DNA from: Bacteroidota bacterium | GTDB lineage: Bacteria; Bacteroidota; Bacteroidia; Bacteroidales; UBA12481 | Reading direction: 5' to 3' | Assembly (NCBI GenBank): GCA_034658635.1 | Contig: JAYEFL010000334.1 | Location: 1 to 60,831 of the forward strand | DNA: 60,831 nucleotides | Shown: one piece after another, positions 29,854-41,269 of the stretch | How the letters are laid out: each line of letters begins with the position of its first letter | Numbering within the stretch: the first letter of the stretch is position 1 | Notes under the pieces: generated by a model | Seen by the model: the letters and a program-made list of their open reading frames with translations, nothing else | What the model was told of the DNA's origin: nothing | Database searches by the model: none | Translations under genes and position numbers: made by a program

Positions 29854-31245
29854 ATGTTTAGAAGATATTTACATGATATTGTTATCGCTCTGGAAGCGAT
29901 CCTGGCGAATAAACTGAAATCAATTCTGACCGCACTGGGTATTATTTTTGGTGTGGCAGCAGTAATCACAATGTTGGCTATTGGTGCTGGTGCTCAGCAG
30001 GAAATTCTTGACCAGATCAAAATGGTAGGTGTAAATAATATTATTATTGAACCTATTGTAGATCAGTCAGCCTCCGGAGGTGGTGAAGAGGAGGATGGAG
30101 AAAAGGAAACGAAGAAATTCTCTAATGGTCTGAATTTACTGGATGTGAAAGCCATTGCAGAATTGTTGCCTACAATCCAGCAGGTAAGCTCAGAGATTAA
30201 ACTGAATACTTTTGTTCAGCATAATCAGGTGAGAAGACCTACTGTCTTATTGGGGGTTGATCCTTCCTATTTTAAGCTGTTTAATCTTAATTTGAAGAGA
30301 GGGAATCCTTTTTCAAATCATCATGAAGAGTATGGGCAGGCAGTTTGTCTGATTGGTTCAAATGTAGCTTCAGTGATGTTCCCTGCTGAAGATGCGATTG
30401 GGAAGTTTCTAAAAGTCGGACATGCATGGTTGCGTGTAATTGGAATTCTTGAGAAGAGAGATGTAATGGTTTCTTCTTCTTCTGCCGGTTTGGGTATCAG
30501 CAATACCAACGATCAGGTATTTATTCCCTCAAAAACCATGCTGGTACGATACATGAACCGGGCAATAGTCAACACCAAACTTCCGCAATCTGCTGGTTTG
30601 CAGATCTTTGGGGGAGGTCGGCGTGGAATGGGTATGATAATTGCCCAATCAATGATGAGTGGAGGCGATGAAGGAACAGCAACAGTGCAAAACTATAATC
30701 AGTTGGATAAGATTATTGTACAGGTAGAAGAGACAGAACAGCTTGAGCCTACTACTGATATTTTGTCACGGATGCTATTGAGACGACACAATGGTGTAGC
30801 AGATTTTAAAATAACTGTTCCAGAATTACTTTTAAAGCAGCAGCAACGCACTAAAGATATTTTTAATATCGTTTTAGGTGCGATAGCAAGTATTTCATTG
30901 ATTGTTGGCGGTATTGGTATCATGAATATTATGCTGGCTTCTGTCATGGAGAGAATAAGGGAAATTGGAACCCGTCAGGCCATAGGAGCCTCAAGAAAAG
31001 ATATTGTTATACAGTTTTTGGCTGAATCAACGCTTATCAGTATTGTTGGCGGATTAGTAGGAGTAATTCTGGGGATCGTTTTATCCAGGCTTATAACTCA
31101 CTTCGCTGAGATCTTAACAATTGTTAGTCCTTTTTCTGTGCTGGTAGCATTTGGTGTTTCTGCTGCTGTTGGGATTATTTTCGGGTATTTGCCAGCCAAG
31201 AGGGCATCAGAACAAGATCCTGTTGAATCTCTTAGGGCAAATTAG
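29854..31245 (+). CDS. MacB-like ABC permease (no fused NBD)
   Basis: LTALGIIFGVAAV, VGGIGIMNIMLASVMERIREIG, PAKRAS.QDPVESLR. Confidence 0.92.
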   Translation: MFRRYLHDIVIALEAILANKLKSILTALGIIFGVAAVITMLAIGAGAQQEILDQIKMVGVNNIIIEPIVDQSASGGGEEEDGEKETKKFSNGLNLLDVKAIAELLPTIQQVSSEIKLNTFVQHNQVRRPTVLLGVDPSYFKLFNLNLKRGNPFSNHHEEYGQAVCLIGSNVASVMFPAEDAIGKFLKVGHAWLRVIGILEKRDVMVSSSSAGLGISNTNDQVFIPSKTMLVRYMNRAIVNTKLPQSAGLQIFGGGRRGMGMIIAQSMMSGGDEGTATVQNYNQLDKIIVQVEETEQLEPTTDILSRMLLRRHNGVADFKITVPELLLKQQQRTKDIFNIVLGAIASISLIVGGIGIMNIMLASVMERIREIGTRQAIGASRKDIVIQFLAESTLISIVGGLVGVILGIVLSRLITHFAEILTIVSPFSVLVAFGVSAAVGIIFGYLPAKRASEQDPVESLRAN

Positions 31246-31268
31246 TAAATTGCGTTAAAAATTACCTT

Positions 31269-32759
31269 ATGAAAAGTATTTATGCTGTATTGATTTCCTT
31301 ATCATGCCTTCTTTCTCTTCAGAACTATAGCCAGGCCCAGGAAATTAAAACGCTGGTTCTTGAAGAAGTTATAGCTATTGCTCAGAATAACTCTGTAGAA
31401 GCTCTCCTTGCCAGACATCGGTTTAATAATTCTTATTGGTCGTTTAGAAGTTATAAAGCCAGTTACCTGCCTTCGGTTTCAATGAATGCAGATCTGGTAG
31501 ATTTCAACAGATCCATCGTAAAGAATAATGTTCTTGTTGATGGGGAATGGGTTGAACAATATGCTCCCACTAATCGTCTGAATTCTTCTGTCAGCATGCA
31601 ATTGATGCAGAATGTACCCATAACAGGAGGAAGGATTTTTGTGAACTCTGAACTGGGGCGTCTGGATTTATTGAATGATGATCCTGCTACAATGATGTCA
31701 ACACCTATCAGTGTGGGATTCAGGCAGCCTCTGTTTTCTTATAATGAGTTCAAATGGGAAAGAAAAATTGAACCGATGAAGTACGAGGAGGCAAAGAAGC
31801 AATTTCTGACTTCTATGGAGGATGTTAATCTTAAGTCTTGCAGATTATTTTTTGATATGGCTCTGGCTCAGATGAACGTGCGTACCAGTACACTGAATGT
31901 TGCAAATAATGATACCCTTTATCATATCGCCCAGGGGCGATTTGAATTAGGGATGATTGATCAGGGAGATCTGATGCAGATGGAGCTTAATTTCTTGAAT
32001 TCTACTGATAAGCTGACAAAAAGCCAATTGGATCTTGAGGTTAAGAGAGCCCGACTTCGTATTTTCCTTGGTTATACTGATAATATAGATTTTGAGTTGA
32101 TAACATCTAAGGATGTGCCCGGGTTTGGTGTGGACGTTGAAAGGGCCATGAATTATGCCAGGGATAATAATCCTCAGATGCTTTCGATGGAGAGACAATT
32201 GCTTGAAGCCGATCAGAGCCTGGCCCAGGCAAAGGCCAATGCACGGTTTAATGCAGATCTGGTCGCTAGTTACGGATTGACTCAACGAGCATCTGATTTT
32301 GCAGGTGTTTATAAAAACCCACAAGAATCACAGCGGGTTTCAGTTGGGATTTCTGTACCTATTCTTGACTGGGGTATGCGTAAAGGTATGGTCAAAATGG
32401 CTGAATCAAGCCGGGATGTTGCAGAACTGTCTGTTCAGCAGCAAAAAATAGATTTTGATCAGAGTATCTATCTGGATGTAATGCAGTTCAATATGCAATC
32501 CGACCAACTTGCTCTGGCTGCCAAAAAAGATACTATTTCTCAAACCAGATATGAAATAACAAAGCAGAAATTCCTGATTGGAAAAGTAGATGTATTGAAA
32601 TTAAATGATGCGCTGAACTCAAAGGATGCTGCGATCATTAACTATATGCAAGCATTGAGAACCTACTGGGAATATTACTATAATGTGAGGAAAACTACCC
32701 TCTTTGATTTTGAGAGAAATCAAGCTCTTGAACAAGATTATGATGATTTGCTAAAATAG
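31269..32759 (+). CDS. TolC family outer-membrane channel
   Basis: Signal peptide, two OEP repeats (RFELG, KFLIG), third gene of the efflux operon. Confidence 0.88.
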   Translation: MKSIYAVLISLSCLLSLQNYSQAQEIKTLVLEEVIAIAQNNSVEALLARHRFNNSYWSFRSYKASYLPSVSMNADLVDFNRSIVKNNVLVDGEWVEQYAPTNRLNSSVSMQLMQNVPITGGRIFVNSELGRLDLLNDDPATMMSTPISVGFRQPLFSYNEFKWERKIEPMKYEEAKKQFLTSMEDVNLKSCRLFFDMALAQMNVRTSTLNVANNDTLYHIAQGRFELGMIDQGDLMQMELNFLNSTDKLTKSQLDLEVKRARLRIFLGYTDNIDFELITSKDVPGFGVDVERAMNYARDNNPQMLSMERQLLEADQSLAQAKANARFNADLVASYGLTQRASDFAGVYKNPQESQRVSVGISVPILDWGMRKGMVKMAESSRDVAELSVQQQKIDFDQSIYLDVMQFNMQSDQLALAAKKDTISQTRYEITKQKFLIGKVDVLKLNDALNSKDAAIINYMQALRTYWEYYYNVRKTTLFDFERNQALEQDYDDLLK

Positions 32760-32786
32760 GTGTCCCCACCTGTTCCATTTCCCTGA

Positions 32787-32816
32787 CCCGGCATAATATA
32801 TATGCCGGGGTTTTTT
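32787..32816 (+). terminator. Rho-independent terminator
   Basis: CCCGGCATA-ATATA-TATGCCGGG followed by GTTTTTT. Confidence 0.85.
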
Positions 32817-32886
32817 CAAAAAAAATAGATATATTTGCGCCTCCAAAAGCAAAGTGATATTAATATTAAAAAAAACCTCATAACAA

Positions 32887-35800
32887 ATGCAAAATAAAGG
32901 AGCGATCAAGGTATTTGCGATTGCCTTGGCATTGGTCTCGATCTATCAGTTGTCTTTCACCTGGAAGACTAACCAGATCAATAAAGCAGCCCAGGAATAT
33001 GCCCAGGGAGATGAAGCCCGCTTGACATTTTACAGAGACTCACTGTCTGGTGAGCCTGTTTATAATTTCTTTGGCTTGAAAAAGTACACTTTTCGTGAGT
33101 GTCAGGAAAGAGAGTTTAACCTGGGTCTTGACCTGAAAGGTGGGATGAACGTCACTCTGGAAGTATCCGTTGTTGACCTCATTAATTCATTGTCAAATTT
33201 TTCAACTGATACCACTTTTACCAGTGCTCTTGCATTGGCAAAAAAATTGCAGAGGGATAGTCAGGATGACTTTGTGACCCTTTTTGGTCAGGCATTCGAA
33301 ACAGTTGATCCAAATGGTAATTTGTCAGCTATCTTCAATACCATAGAGCTTCGCGATCGTATTAAGTATAATTCAACAAACGCTGAGGTATTGGATGTGA
33401 TTCGTGAAGAAACTAATGTGGCCATTGATAACTCAGTTTTAATTCTGAGAAACAGGATTGACCAATTTGGTGTTGCTCAACCTAATTTTCAGGAATTGGG
33501 CACTAAAGGCCGGGTGTTAATTGAATTGCCTGGGATTAAAGACCAAAAACGGGTTCGCAAACTTCTTCAGGGGGCAGCCAAGCTTGAAATCTGGGAGACT
33601 TATGAGAACTCTGAATTGTGGGAATTCTTCCTTGATGCTAATGAGAAAATTAAAGAATTAAATGAACTCGAAGCAGGAGTGACCGAAACCACTGACGAAG
33701 TTATAAGTGAAGTGGAAGAAGTGACGGCTGAGGCTGATACTACAAAGAGCCTGATTGATCAGCTGGAAAGTGATACTACTGCTTTAGATGAGCAGAGTTC
33801 ACTGGAGGAATTCACAAAAGATTATCCCTTGTTTGCTGTACTGAAACCTGCTTCCACAGGTGATCAGTTATATACTGGTCCTACCGTAGGATTTGCACAT
33901 TTCCGCGACACAGCCAAGGTAAACCGATATATGAGCATCCCACAGGTTAAAGCTGTTTTTCCAACCAATGTTCGTTTCTACTGGACAGCAGATCCTTTAG
34001 CTCAAAATAAGGAGACATATGAATTAGTTGCCATAAAAGTAACCAACCGTGAAGGGAAGCCTGCACTTGATGGGTCTGCCATCAGCAGAGCCAACGATGG
34101 ATTTGATGCTATGTCAAAGCCTGAAGTTTCACTTACTATGGATGCTGAGGGAGCTAGGGTATGGCAGCGACTAACAAAAGAAAATATAGGACGACACATT
34201 GCTATTGTTCTTGATAACTATGTTAGGTCTAAGCCCGTTGTTAATTCAGAAATCTCGGGAGGACGTACGTCAATTTCTGGTGGTGGAATGACCATCAATG
34301 ATGCGCAAGACCTTGCGAATGTTCTGAAATCAGGAAAGATGGATGCCCCAGCTATTATTATTCAGGAAGAAGTTGTGGGTCCTTCATTGGGACGAGAAGC
34401 CATACAGTCGGGCTTGTTTTCATTCATTATTGCATTCCTTCTTGTTCTTTTATATATGATATTCTACTATAACCGGGCTGGTTTTGTTGCCAACCTGGCA
34501 CTGGTGGTAAACGTATTCTTTATCATGGGGGTTCTTGCATCCCTGGGAGCTGTATTGACTTTACCTGGTATTGCAGGTATAGTGCTGACAATTGGAATGT
34601 CAGTTGATGCTAACGTGCTTATTTTTGAAAGAATCAGAGAAGAATTACTGTCTGGTAAAACTATTAAGATTGCTATCAAGGATGGTTACAAGAATGCTTA
34701 TTCAGCTATTATTGATGCCAACGTAACTACTTTGTTGACCGGAGTTATCCTGATCGTTGTAGGTACTGGTCCTATCCGTGGATTTGCTACTACTTTGGTA
34801 ATTGGTATCTTCACATCGCTGTTCTCAGCTATTTTCATTACTCGTTTGATTTTTGAAGGCTGGCTAAGTAAGGATAGAATTATTTCCTTCTCCACCAAAT
34901 TGACTGAAGGTGCATTTAAGAACCTTAATGTCAGATTTCTGGATAAAAGAAAATTATTCTATTATTTTTCAACTGTATTAATTCTGATTTCAGTTGTTTC
35001 ACTGTCTACCCGGAAATTAAACCTGGGAGTTGACTTCTCCGGTGGTCGTACTTATGTTGTACGTTTTGAAAACCCGGTGAGTACTGAAGATATTACAATT
35101 GCTTTGTCCACTCCTTTTGGATCTGAACCTCAGGTGAAAACATATGGTGGCGAGGAGCAAGTGAAAATTACTACTAAATACCTTATTGATAGTGATGATC
35201 CTAATGCAGATGAAATAGTTGAAACTGCTTTGTATGATGGATTGAAAACTTTTCTGCCAGCTGATGTAGATATGGATGAATTCCTGTATGAGGATACATA
35301 CATTCAAAACTCACACCTGGTTGGTCCTACTATTGCTGATGACATTATTAAGGCAGCGATTATCTCGATAATCCTGGCCTTGTTTGGAATCTTCTTATAT
35401 ATTCTGCTACGTTTCCGCACATGGCAGTTTGGTTTGGGTGCTGTAGCGGCTTTGTTCCACGATGTGATTATTGTTCTGGGTGTATTCTCGCTTTTCTATA
35501 GCATAATGCCATTCTCTCTGGAGATTGACCAGGCATTTATTGCTGCAATCCTTACGGTGGTTGGTTACTCTATTAACGATACCGTGGTAGTGTTTGACCG
35601 TGTTCGTGAATATGTTGGATTATATCGCAAACGTGAACGTAAACTGATTATTGATCAGGCATTGAACTCAACGCTCTCACGTACCTTCAGTACATCATTG
35701 AGTACATTTGTGGTGCTGCTGGCCATCTTTATCTTTGGTGGTGTTGGTATTCGTGGATTTATTTTTGCTATGATGATTGGAGTTATTGTAGGTACCTACT

Positions 35801-35904
35801 CTTCTCTCTTCATTGCTTCGCCGATAGTTTATGATCTGGTTAAGAAAGAAGGCCCTTCCTCAAAAGACAAGCCAGCTATCAAAGGAAAGAATAAAAAGAA
35901 GTAG
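32887..35904 (+). CDS. secDF: Protein translocase subunit SecDF
   Basis: LGLDLKGG, RNRIDQFGV, VDANVLIFERIREE, LGVDFSGG, GYSINDTVVVFDRVRE. Confidence 0.98.
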   Translation: MQNKGAIKVFAIALALVSIYQLSFTWKTNQINKAAQEYAQGDEARLTFYRDSLSGEPVYNFFGLKKYTFRECQEREFNLGLDLKGGMNVTLEVSVVDLINSLSNFSTDTTFTSALALAKKLQRDSQDDFVTLFGQAFETVDPNGNLSAIFNTIELRDRIKYNSTNAEVLDVIREETNVAIDNSVLILRNRIDQFGVAQPNFQELGTKGRVLIELPGIKDQKRVRKLLQGAAKLEIWETYENSELWEFFLDANEKIKELNELEAGVTETTDEVISEVEEVTAEADTTKSLIDQLESDTTALDEQSSLEEFTKDYPLFAVLKPASTGDQLYTGPTVGFAHFRDTAKVNRYMSIPQVKAVFPTNVRFYWTADPLAQNKETYELVAIKVTNREGKPALDGSAISRANDGFDAMSKPEVSLTMDAEGARVWQRLTKENIGRHIAIVLDNYVRSKPVVNSEISGGRTSISGGGMTINDAQDLANVLKSGKMDAPAIIIQEEVVGPSLGREAIQSGLFSFIIAFLLVLLYMIFYYNRAGFVANLALVVNVFFIMGVLASLGAVLTLPGIAGIVLTIGMSVDANVLIFERIREELLSGKTIKIAIKDGYKNAYSAIIDANVTTLLTGVILIVVGTGPIRGFATTLVIGIFTSLFSAIFITRLIFEGWLSKDRIISFSTKLTEGAFKNLNVRFLDKRKLFYYFSTVLILISVVSLSTRKLNLGVDFSGGRTYVVRFENPVSTEDITIALSTPFGSEPQVKTYGGEEQVKITTKYLIDSDDPNADEIVETALYDGLKTFLPADVDMDEFLYEDTYIQNSHLVGPTIADDIIKAAIISIILALFGIFLYILLRFRTWQFGLGAVAALFHDVIIVLGVFSLFYSIMPFSLEIDQAFIAAILTVVGYSINDTVVVFDRVREYVGLYRKRERKLIIDQALNSTLSRTFSTSLSTFVVLLAIFIFGGVGIRGFIFAMMIGVIVGTYSSLFIASPIVYDLVKKEGPSSKDKPAIKGKNKKK

Positions 35905-35925
35905 ATTTCTAAAATACTTGATTTG

Positions 35926-35954
35926 AAACCCCGGATGAATAATCCGGGGTTTTC
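35926..35954 (+). terminator. Rho-independent terminator
   Basis: AAACCCCGGAT-GAATA-ATCCGGGGTTT then T-rich tail. Confidence 0.85.
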
Positions 35955-35983
35955 TTTATCTTTGCAGTCTAAATTTCCTGAAA

Positions 35984-36301
35984 ATGCCCGGCTATATTGG
36001 TTTTATTGGTGGTTCCGAAATTGTCATAGTTTTCTTTGTGGTACTTCTTTTATTTGGTGCTGATAAAATTCCTGAGATTGCTCGTGGCTTGGGTAAAGGC
36101 ATGCGTGAATTCCGAAAAGTTACAGGGGAAATTAAGCGTGAATTTGATTCTAATACCTCAGATTTTAAATCAGATATTGACGATTTAAAGAAAGATATGG
36201 ATCAAACCAAGGATGATCTGACTGGTGGCATGAGAAGCTATATTGAGGACTCTGGAATTGCTGATGATATCGATGAGATCAAAGAGGATCTGAAAGGATA
36301 A
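35984..36301 (+). CDS. tatA: Twin-arginine translocase TatA/TatB subunit
   Basis: EI.....VLLLFGADKIPEIARGLGKGMREFRK. Confidence 0.88.
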   Translation: MPGYIGFIGGSEIVIVFFVVLLLFGADKIPEIARGLGKGMREFRKVTGEIKREFDSNTSDFKSDIDDLKKDMDQTKDDLTGGMRSYIEDSGIADDIDEIKEDLKG

Positions 36302-36312
36302 TTCTCCAGGTA

Positions 36313-37254
36313 ATGGACTACCTTATTTTACTTGCTGGCTTTGTTACATTGTTGGTTAGTGGTGACTTTCTCGTTCGTGGAGGAGTCTCACTGGCTCGAC
36401 ACTTTAGAATTTCCACTCTTGTTGTAGGACTAACAGTTGTGTCTCTTGGGACATCGGCCCCGGAGTTGATGGTAAGCCTGAAAGCTGCTTTAATTGGCCA
36501 GGCAGACTTTGCCACGGGAACCGTTATTGGATCCAATATCTCGAATATTGCATTGGTACTTGGATTAACTGCGATTATTTTACCCTTAAGAGTTAACCGT
36601 CGTTCCACTGTAATTGATTGGCCAATAATGTTTGGTGCTATTATTTTGTTCTTCCTTTTTATCTCAGACAGGGTTCTGGGGTTTTTTGAAGGATTAATGT
36701 TTGTTCTTCTTTTAGTTGCATTCATTTTCTTTTCTATTTACCAATCCCGGAAATCACTGTCTAAGGATCAAAAAGAAATTCCACCACCGGTATACTCTCT
36801 CTGGCTTTCATTTTTGATCATTCTGATCGCAATTATCGGTCTGCGCCTTGGTGCCGATTGGCTGGTGAAAGGTGCTTCAGGGATCGCCAGAAGTTTTGGT
36901 ATCAGTGATTATCTGATATCAGTTTCAATTATTGCATTTGGTACCAGTGTGCCTGAATTGGCCACTTCACTTATTGCTGCGGTAAAAAGGGAGACAGATA
37001 TTTCTATTGGTAATATTATAGGATCTAATCTTTTCAATATTCTGGGAATCCTGGGGATAACAGCTTTATTTAAGCCTATACCAGTTAATGAGCAAATTCT
37101 TAGTTTTGATATTTTTTGGCTTGCTGCTCTTTGTGTGGTTCTGTTATTAATGATGCTCCCTCTGAAATCAGGCCGGATCAGTCGCTGGAATGGTGCAGTT
37201 CTGGTATTATCCTACCTCGTTTATCTTATGGTGATTTTCTCAGGAAAGCTTTAA
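36313..37254 (+). CDS. Calcium/sodium antiporter (YrbG family)
   Basis: Two alpha repeats GTSAPE...GSNISN and GTSVPE...GSNLFN. Confidence 0.93.
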   Translation: MDYLILLAGFVTLLVSGDFLVRGGVSLARHFRISTLVVGLTVVSLGTSAPELMVSLKAALIGQADFATGTVIGSNISNIALVLGLTAIILPLRVNRRSTVIDWPIMFGAIILFFLFISDRVLGFFEGLMFVLLLVAFIFFSIYQSRKSLSKDQKEIPPPVYSLWLSFLIILIAIIGLRLGADWLVKGASGIARSFGISDYLISVSIIAFGTSVPELATSLIAAVKRETDISIGNIIGSNLFNILGILGITALFKPIPVNEQILSFDIFWLAALCVVLLLMMLPLKSGRISRWNGAVLVLSYLVYLMVIFSGKL

Positions 37255-37336
37255 CCATTTTTAACAAGTTTTTAATTAAAACACTGGTCTTTATAACATT
37301 CCAAATTACCCAAATTAGATATCTTTGCGCTCAATT

Positions 37337-39802
37337 ATGCAGAGAATCAAATCAATACTTATACTACTAGCCTGTTTCATGGTTGTTCCCTCTTTTGGGA
37401 CTAATAAAGCTAAAAAGCAACTGCAGGCTATTCGCATCGACTCCGATATTAAAATCGATGGTGCGCTTAATGAATTAATGTGGAAGAATGCCCCGGTTGC
37501 TGCTGACTTCAGAACTTATTCTCCTACTATGGGAGATCCTGCATCCCAGCCTACAGAAGTCAGGGTGATATATGATGATCGTGCAGTATATATATCAGCT
37601 ATCTGCTACGATGTCTCTCCCGATAGTATCATGAGAGAGTTCACTAAAAGAGACAATGTTTACATGGGGAATACCGCCAGCTTTAAAATCACTTTGAATC
37701 CTTATAACGATGGACAGAATATATTTCAGTTTGAAGTAACTGCTGCGAATGTGCAGGCCGACAGCAAAAAAACTGTTAGTGGTGGACGTCAGGATATGCG
37801 TATGCGCTATGGTGATTTCAGTTGGAATGCAGTTTGGGAAAGTGCAGTGCAAATTACTGATGAGGGTTGGATTGTTGAAATTGCCATTCCGTATGCAGCT
37901 ATACGATTTCCAAAAGATGAAGTGCAAACATGGGGTATCAACTTCTGGAGAACTATACGTCGAACCAGAGAAACATCATCATGGAATCCGGTCGACCGAA
38001 ACTTTGCTGAAGAAGATCAGGATGGTGAGTTAACAGGGATTTCATCAATAAATGCTCCCTTGCGTCTTGAATTGTACCCATTTGCAGCTGGTTATTATCA
38101 GAGATCTCCAGAAGGAAACGGATTTAGCTATGCTGCAGGCATGGATCTTAAGTATGGTCTTAATGAGGCTTTTACACTTGACATGACATTAATTCCTGAT
38201 TTTGGTCAAAGAAAATCTGATGATATTGTTCTTAACCTGACCCCTTATGAGGTTAAATATCGTGAAAACAGGCAATTCTTTACTGAAGGGCTTGAGCTCT
38301 TTGATAAATCAGGTTTGTTTTATTCACGGAGAATTGGAAAACGCCCGGATGGATTCTGGGATGTCTATGGTCTTCTTGATGATTCTGTTGAGTCTTTCGA
38401 TAATCCTACAGAAGCCAAATTGATAAATGCCACTAAAGTCTCAGGCAGAAATTCAAATAATCTCGGTATTGGATTTTTTAATGCAATGACAGCTGATACA
38501 TATGCACGTTATAAGAATCCTGAAATGGAGGAGGAAAAGTTTCTTACAGAACCATTTACGAATTATAATATGCTGGTTGTTGACCAGATAATCGGACGCA
38601 ATTCCTTCGTTAACCTTGCCAACACAAACGTATATACTCCTTCAACAGCAAAAACTGCAAATGTTTCAGGTGTGTCATTTAAGATAGCCGATAAGGATAA
38701 TATGTATGGTGTAAACGGGAATATGGCATATAGTGCTGTTCTTGATTCTATTGGTCAAACTCCTGTAACAGGCTATAATGTAAAACTGGGTGGAGGTAAA
38801 TATGGAGGAAAAGTTACTGCTACTTACGACATTTCTATGATCAGTGACGAATACAACCCTAATCATATGGGCTATTTGCGTCAAAACAATTCCATTAATC
38901 ATGATCTGGCTTTCTCTTATCGAATGCTGGAACCCTTTTCAGTTTTCAATACGATGACCCATTCTGTAATGCTTGGATATGATCAGCTTTTTGCTCCGCG
39001 TGAGTATTCCAGGTTTGGTGGAATGGTTTACTCAAGTGCAACTTTTAAGAATTACTGGAACATCAGACTCACCCTAAGGGGGGATCCTTTTGGAATGCAG
39101 GATTGGTACGAACCCAGAGTTGATGGCTGGTTTTATGACCGTCCGGCATTTTACGAGATAGATGTCAGTGGATCAACTGATTATAGAAAGCAACTGGCCA
39201 TACATTTTGGATTTGAGTATAGTGAAAACCTGGTTGGAGAGAATGCCTGGGAAATAAGTGCTATGCCACGTATCAGGATTAATGACAAGCTATCGATTAA
39301 TCCACGTTTCAAATACGAACAGGCAAAGAATCAGATTGGATATGCAGGATATTTGAGTGATGATAGCATAGCCTTTGGAAAGCGTGCTGTTGACAGGATT
39401 ACCAGTCAGGTGGCAGCATCTTACGTGTTTAGCAATAAGTCTGCTTTGAGCCTTTCAATGCGTCATTATTGGTCGACAGTGGATTATAGCCAGTACTTCC
39501 TTTTACAAAGAGATGGTGGGTTAAATGAATATCCTGATTATCCATACAATGAAGATTTGAACTTCAATATTCTTACTGTAGATCTTGAATACAGCTGGAA
39601 CCTGGCTCCTGGTAGTTTTTTGACAGTGGTGTGGAAGAACAATATTTACACCAGCGATGAGGTTGATGATGATCTATTCTTAAATTATTGGGATAATTTC
39701 AATGCAACATTCAGTTCTCCTCAAACTAATTCTTTTTCTGTAAAGCTTACTTATTATCTGGATTATCAAACAGTTATCCGTCCCAGGCTACCATTCCCAT
39801 AG
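37337..39802 (+). CDS. CBM9-like plus DUF5916 outer-membrane protein
   Basis: IDG.LNE..W, WIVEIAIPY..IRF, WGINF.R, PDFGQ..D, ENRQFF.EG, FYSRRIG. Start at ATG 37337. Confidence 0.8.
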   Translation: MQRIKSILILLACFMVVPSFGTNKAKKQLQAIRIDSDIKIDGALNELMWKNAPVAADFRTYSPTMGDPASQPTEVRVIYDDRAVYISAICYDVSPDSIMREFTKRDNVYMGNTASFKITLNPYNDGQNIFQFEVTAANVQADSKKTVSGGRQDMRMRYGDFSWNAVWESAVQITDEGWIVEIAIPYAAIRFPKDEVQTWGINFWRTIRRTRETSSWNPVDRNFAEEDQDGELTGISSINAPLRLELYPFAAGYYQRSPEGNGFSYAAGMDLKYGLNEAFTLDMTLIPDFGQRKSDDIVLNLTPYEVKYRENRQFFTEGLELFDKSGLFYSRRIGKRPDGFWDVYGLLDDSVESFDNPTEAKLINATKVSGRNSNNLGIGFFNAMTADTYARYKNPEMEEEKFLTEPFTNYNMLVVDQIIGRNSFVNLANTNVYTPSTAKTANVSGVSFKIADKDNMYGVNGNMAYSAVLDSIGQTPVTGYNVKLGGGKYGGKVTATYDISMISDEYNPNHMGYLRQNNSINHDLAFSYRMLEPFSVFNTMTHSVMLGYDQLFAPREYSRFGGMVYSSATFKNYWNIRLTLRGDPFGMQDWYEPRVDGWFYDRPAFYEIDVSGSTDYRKQLAIHFGFEYSENLVGENAWEISAMPRIRINDKLSINPRFKYEQAKNQIGYAGYLSDDSIAFGKRAVDRITSQVAASYVFSNKSALSLSMRHYWSTVDYSQYFLLQRDGGLNEYPDYPYNEDLNFNILTVDLEYSWNLAPGSFLTVVWKNNIYTSDEVDDDLFLNYWDNFNATFSSPQTNSFSVKLTYYLDYQTVIRPRLPFP

Positions 39803-39854
39803 CTTTTTGGAACGCTTACTGAAAAGCACTAATTTCAGCCAATAATACATAATA

Positions 39855-40505
39855 ATGATTAAGGCTGAAGGTATCACAAAATCATTTGGCACTCTGGAGG
39901 TGCTTAAAGGGATTGATTTTCACGCAGATAATGGTGAGATTGTGTCAATTGTTGGTCCTAGTGGGGCTGGAAAGACAACTCTTTTGCAAATTCTTGGAAC
40001 ACTGAGCCGACCCGATTCAGGCAGTGTACTGATAAATAATCAGGAAACAAATCAGTTGGATGATACCAGTTTGGCTGCCTTCAGAAATCAATCTATTGGT
40101 TTTATTTTTCAGTTTCATCATCTGCTTCCTGAGTTTACTGCTCTTGAGAATGTTTGTATTCCTGCATTTATTGCCAGGGTTGGAAAAAAAGAGGCAGTAA
40201 ATAGGGCTTCTGAACTGCTTGATTACCTTAAATTGGCAGAACGCCTTAATCATAAACCTTCCGAATTATCTGGAGGAGAAAAGCAAAGGGTAGCTGTGGC
40301 CAGAGCTTTGATGAATAATCCTGATGTGATAATGGCCGATGAGCCATCTGGAAATTTAGATTCTGAACATCAGCAGGAGTTGCACGAATTATTTCTGACT
40401 CTGCGAAAAGAAATGGGTCAAACATTTATTATTGTGACACATGATTCGGGCCTTGCGGAAATGTGCGATAGGGTGGTTCGAATGAAAGATGGTCGGATTA
40501 TATGA
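39855..40505 (+). CDS. ABC transporter ATPase, LolD-like
   Basis: [54 protein letters not shown]. Confidence 0.92.
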   Translation: MIKAEGITKSFGTLEVLKGIDFHADNGEIVSIVGPSGAGKTTLLQILGTLSRPDSGSVLINNQETNQLDDTSLAAFRNQSIGFIFQFHHLLPEFTALENVCIPAFIARVGKKEAVNRASELLDYLKLAERLNHKPSELSGGEKQRVAVARALMNNPDVIMADEPSGNLDSEHQQELHELFLTLRKEMGQTFIIVTHDSGLAEMCDRVVRMKDGRII

Positions 40506-41269
40506 TGACAGATTTACAATTGAAGGAATATCTTGATGCAAGGTTTGAGTTGTATCATACCCCTTCATTTATTGAATCCGATCCTCTGCAAATTCCACAT
40601 CGGTTTTCACGTAAGGAAGACATTGAAATTGCAGGATTTCTGACATCGACTCTTGCCTGGGGACGAAGAAAATCGATTATTAATAGCGCTGCTCGACTAA
40701 TGAAACTGCTGGATGATAGTCCGGCTGATTTTATAATGAATTCTTCTCAATCTGAGTGGACACGTTTCAAGGGTTTTGTTCACAGAACTTTTCAGCCCAC
40801 AGATTTAAATTATTTTCTCGATGCTTTGCGCAGAGTATATCTGACAGAGGGAGGGCTCGAAAAGGTATTCATGGATGGATTTGAACAAAATGAGATATTT
40901 GGGGCTATTGTGAATTTTAGAAAAGTATTTTTGCAATGGCAGCCGGAAAGGAGGACTCTTAAGCATGTTTCTGACCCTGAGAAAGGATCAGCCTCCAAAA
41001 GACTCAATCTATTTATCATGTGGATGTGCAGACAGGATAATCTTAATATACATTTTGGCCTGTGGAAAAAAATCCCATCGTCGAAACTATTAATTCCCCT
41101 TGATGTACATGTTGGCAGAGTTGCCAGAGATCTTGGCTTGATGGAAAGAAGGATGAATGATTGGAGGGCTGCCATAGAGCTCACAAATGTTTTAAGGACA
41201 TTTGATCCGGATGATCCTGTAAAATATGATTTCAGTTTGTTTGGTATTGGGATGTATGAGAATGACTAA
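40502..41269 (+). CDS. TIGR02757/DUF2400 family protein
   Basis: [48 protein letters not shown]. Confidence 0.88.
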   Translation: MMTDLQLKEYLDARFELYHTPSFIESDPLQIPHRFSRKEDIEIAGFLTSTLAWGRRKSIINSAARLMKLLDDSPADFIMNSSQSEWTRFKGFVHRTFQPTDLNYFLDALRRVYLTEGGLEKVFMDGFEQNEIFGAIVNFRKVFLQWQPERRTLKHVSDPEKGSASKRLNLFIMWMCRQDNLNIHFGLWKKIPSSKLLIPLDVHVGRVARDLGLMERRMNDWRAAIELTNVLRTFDPDDPVKYDFSLFGIGMYEND

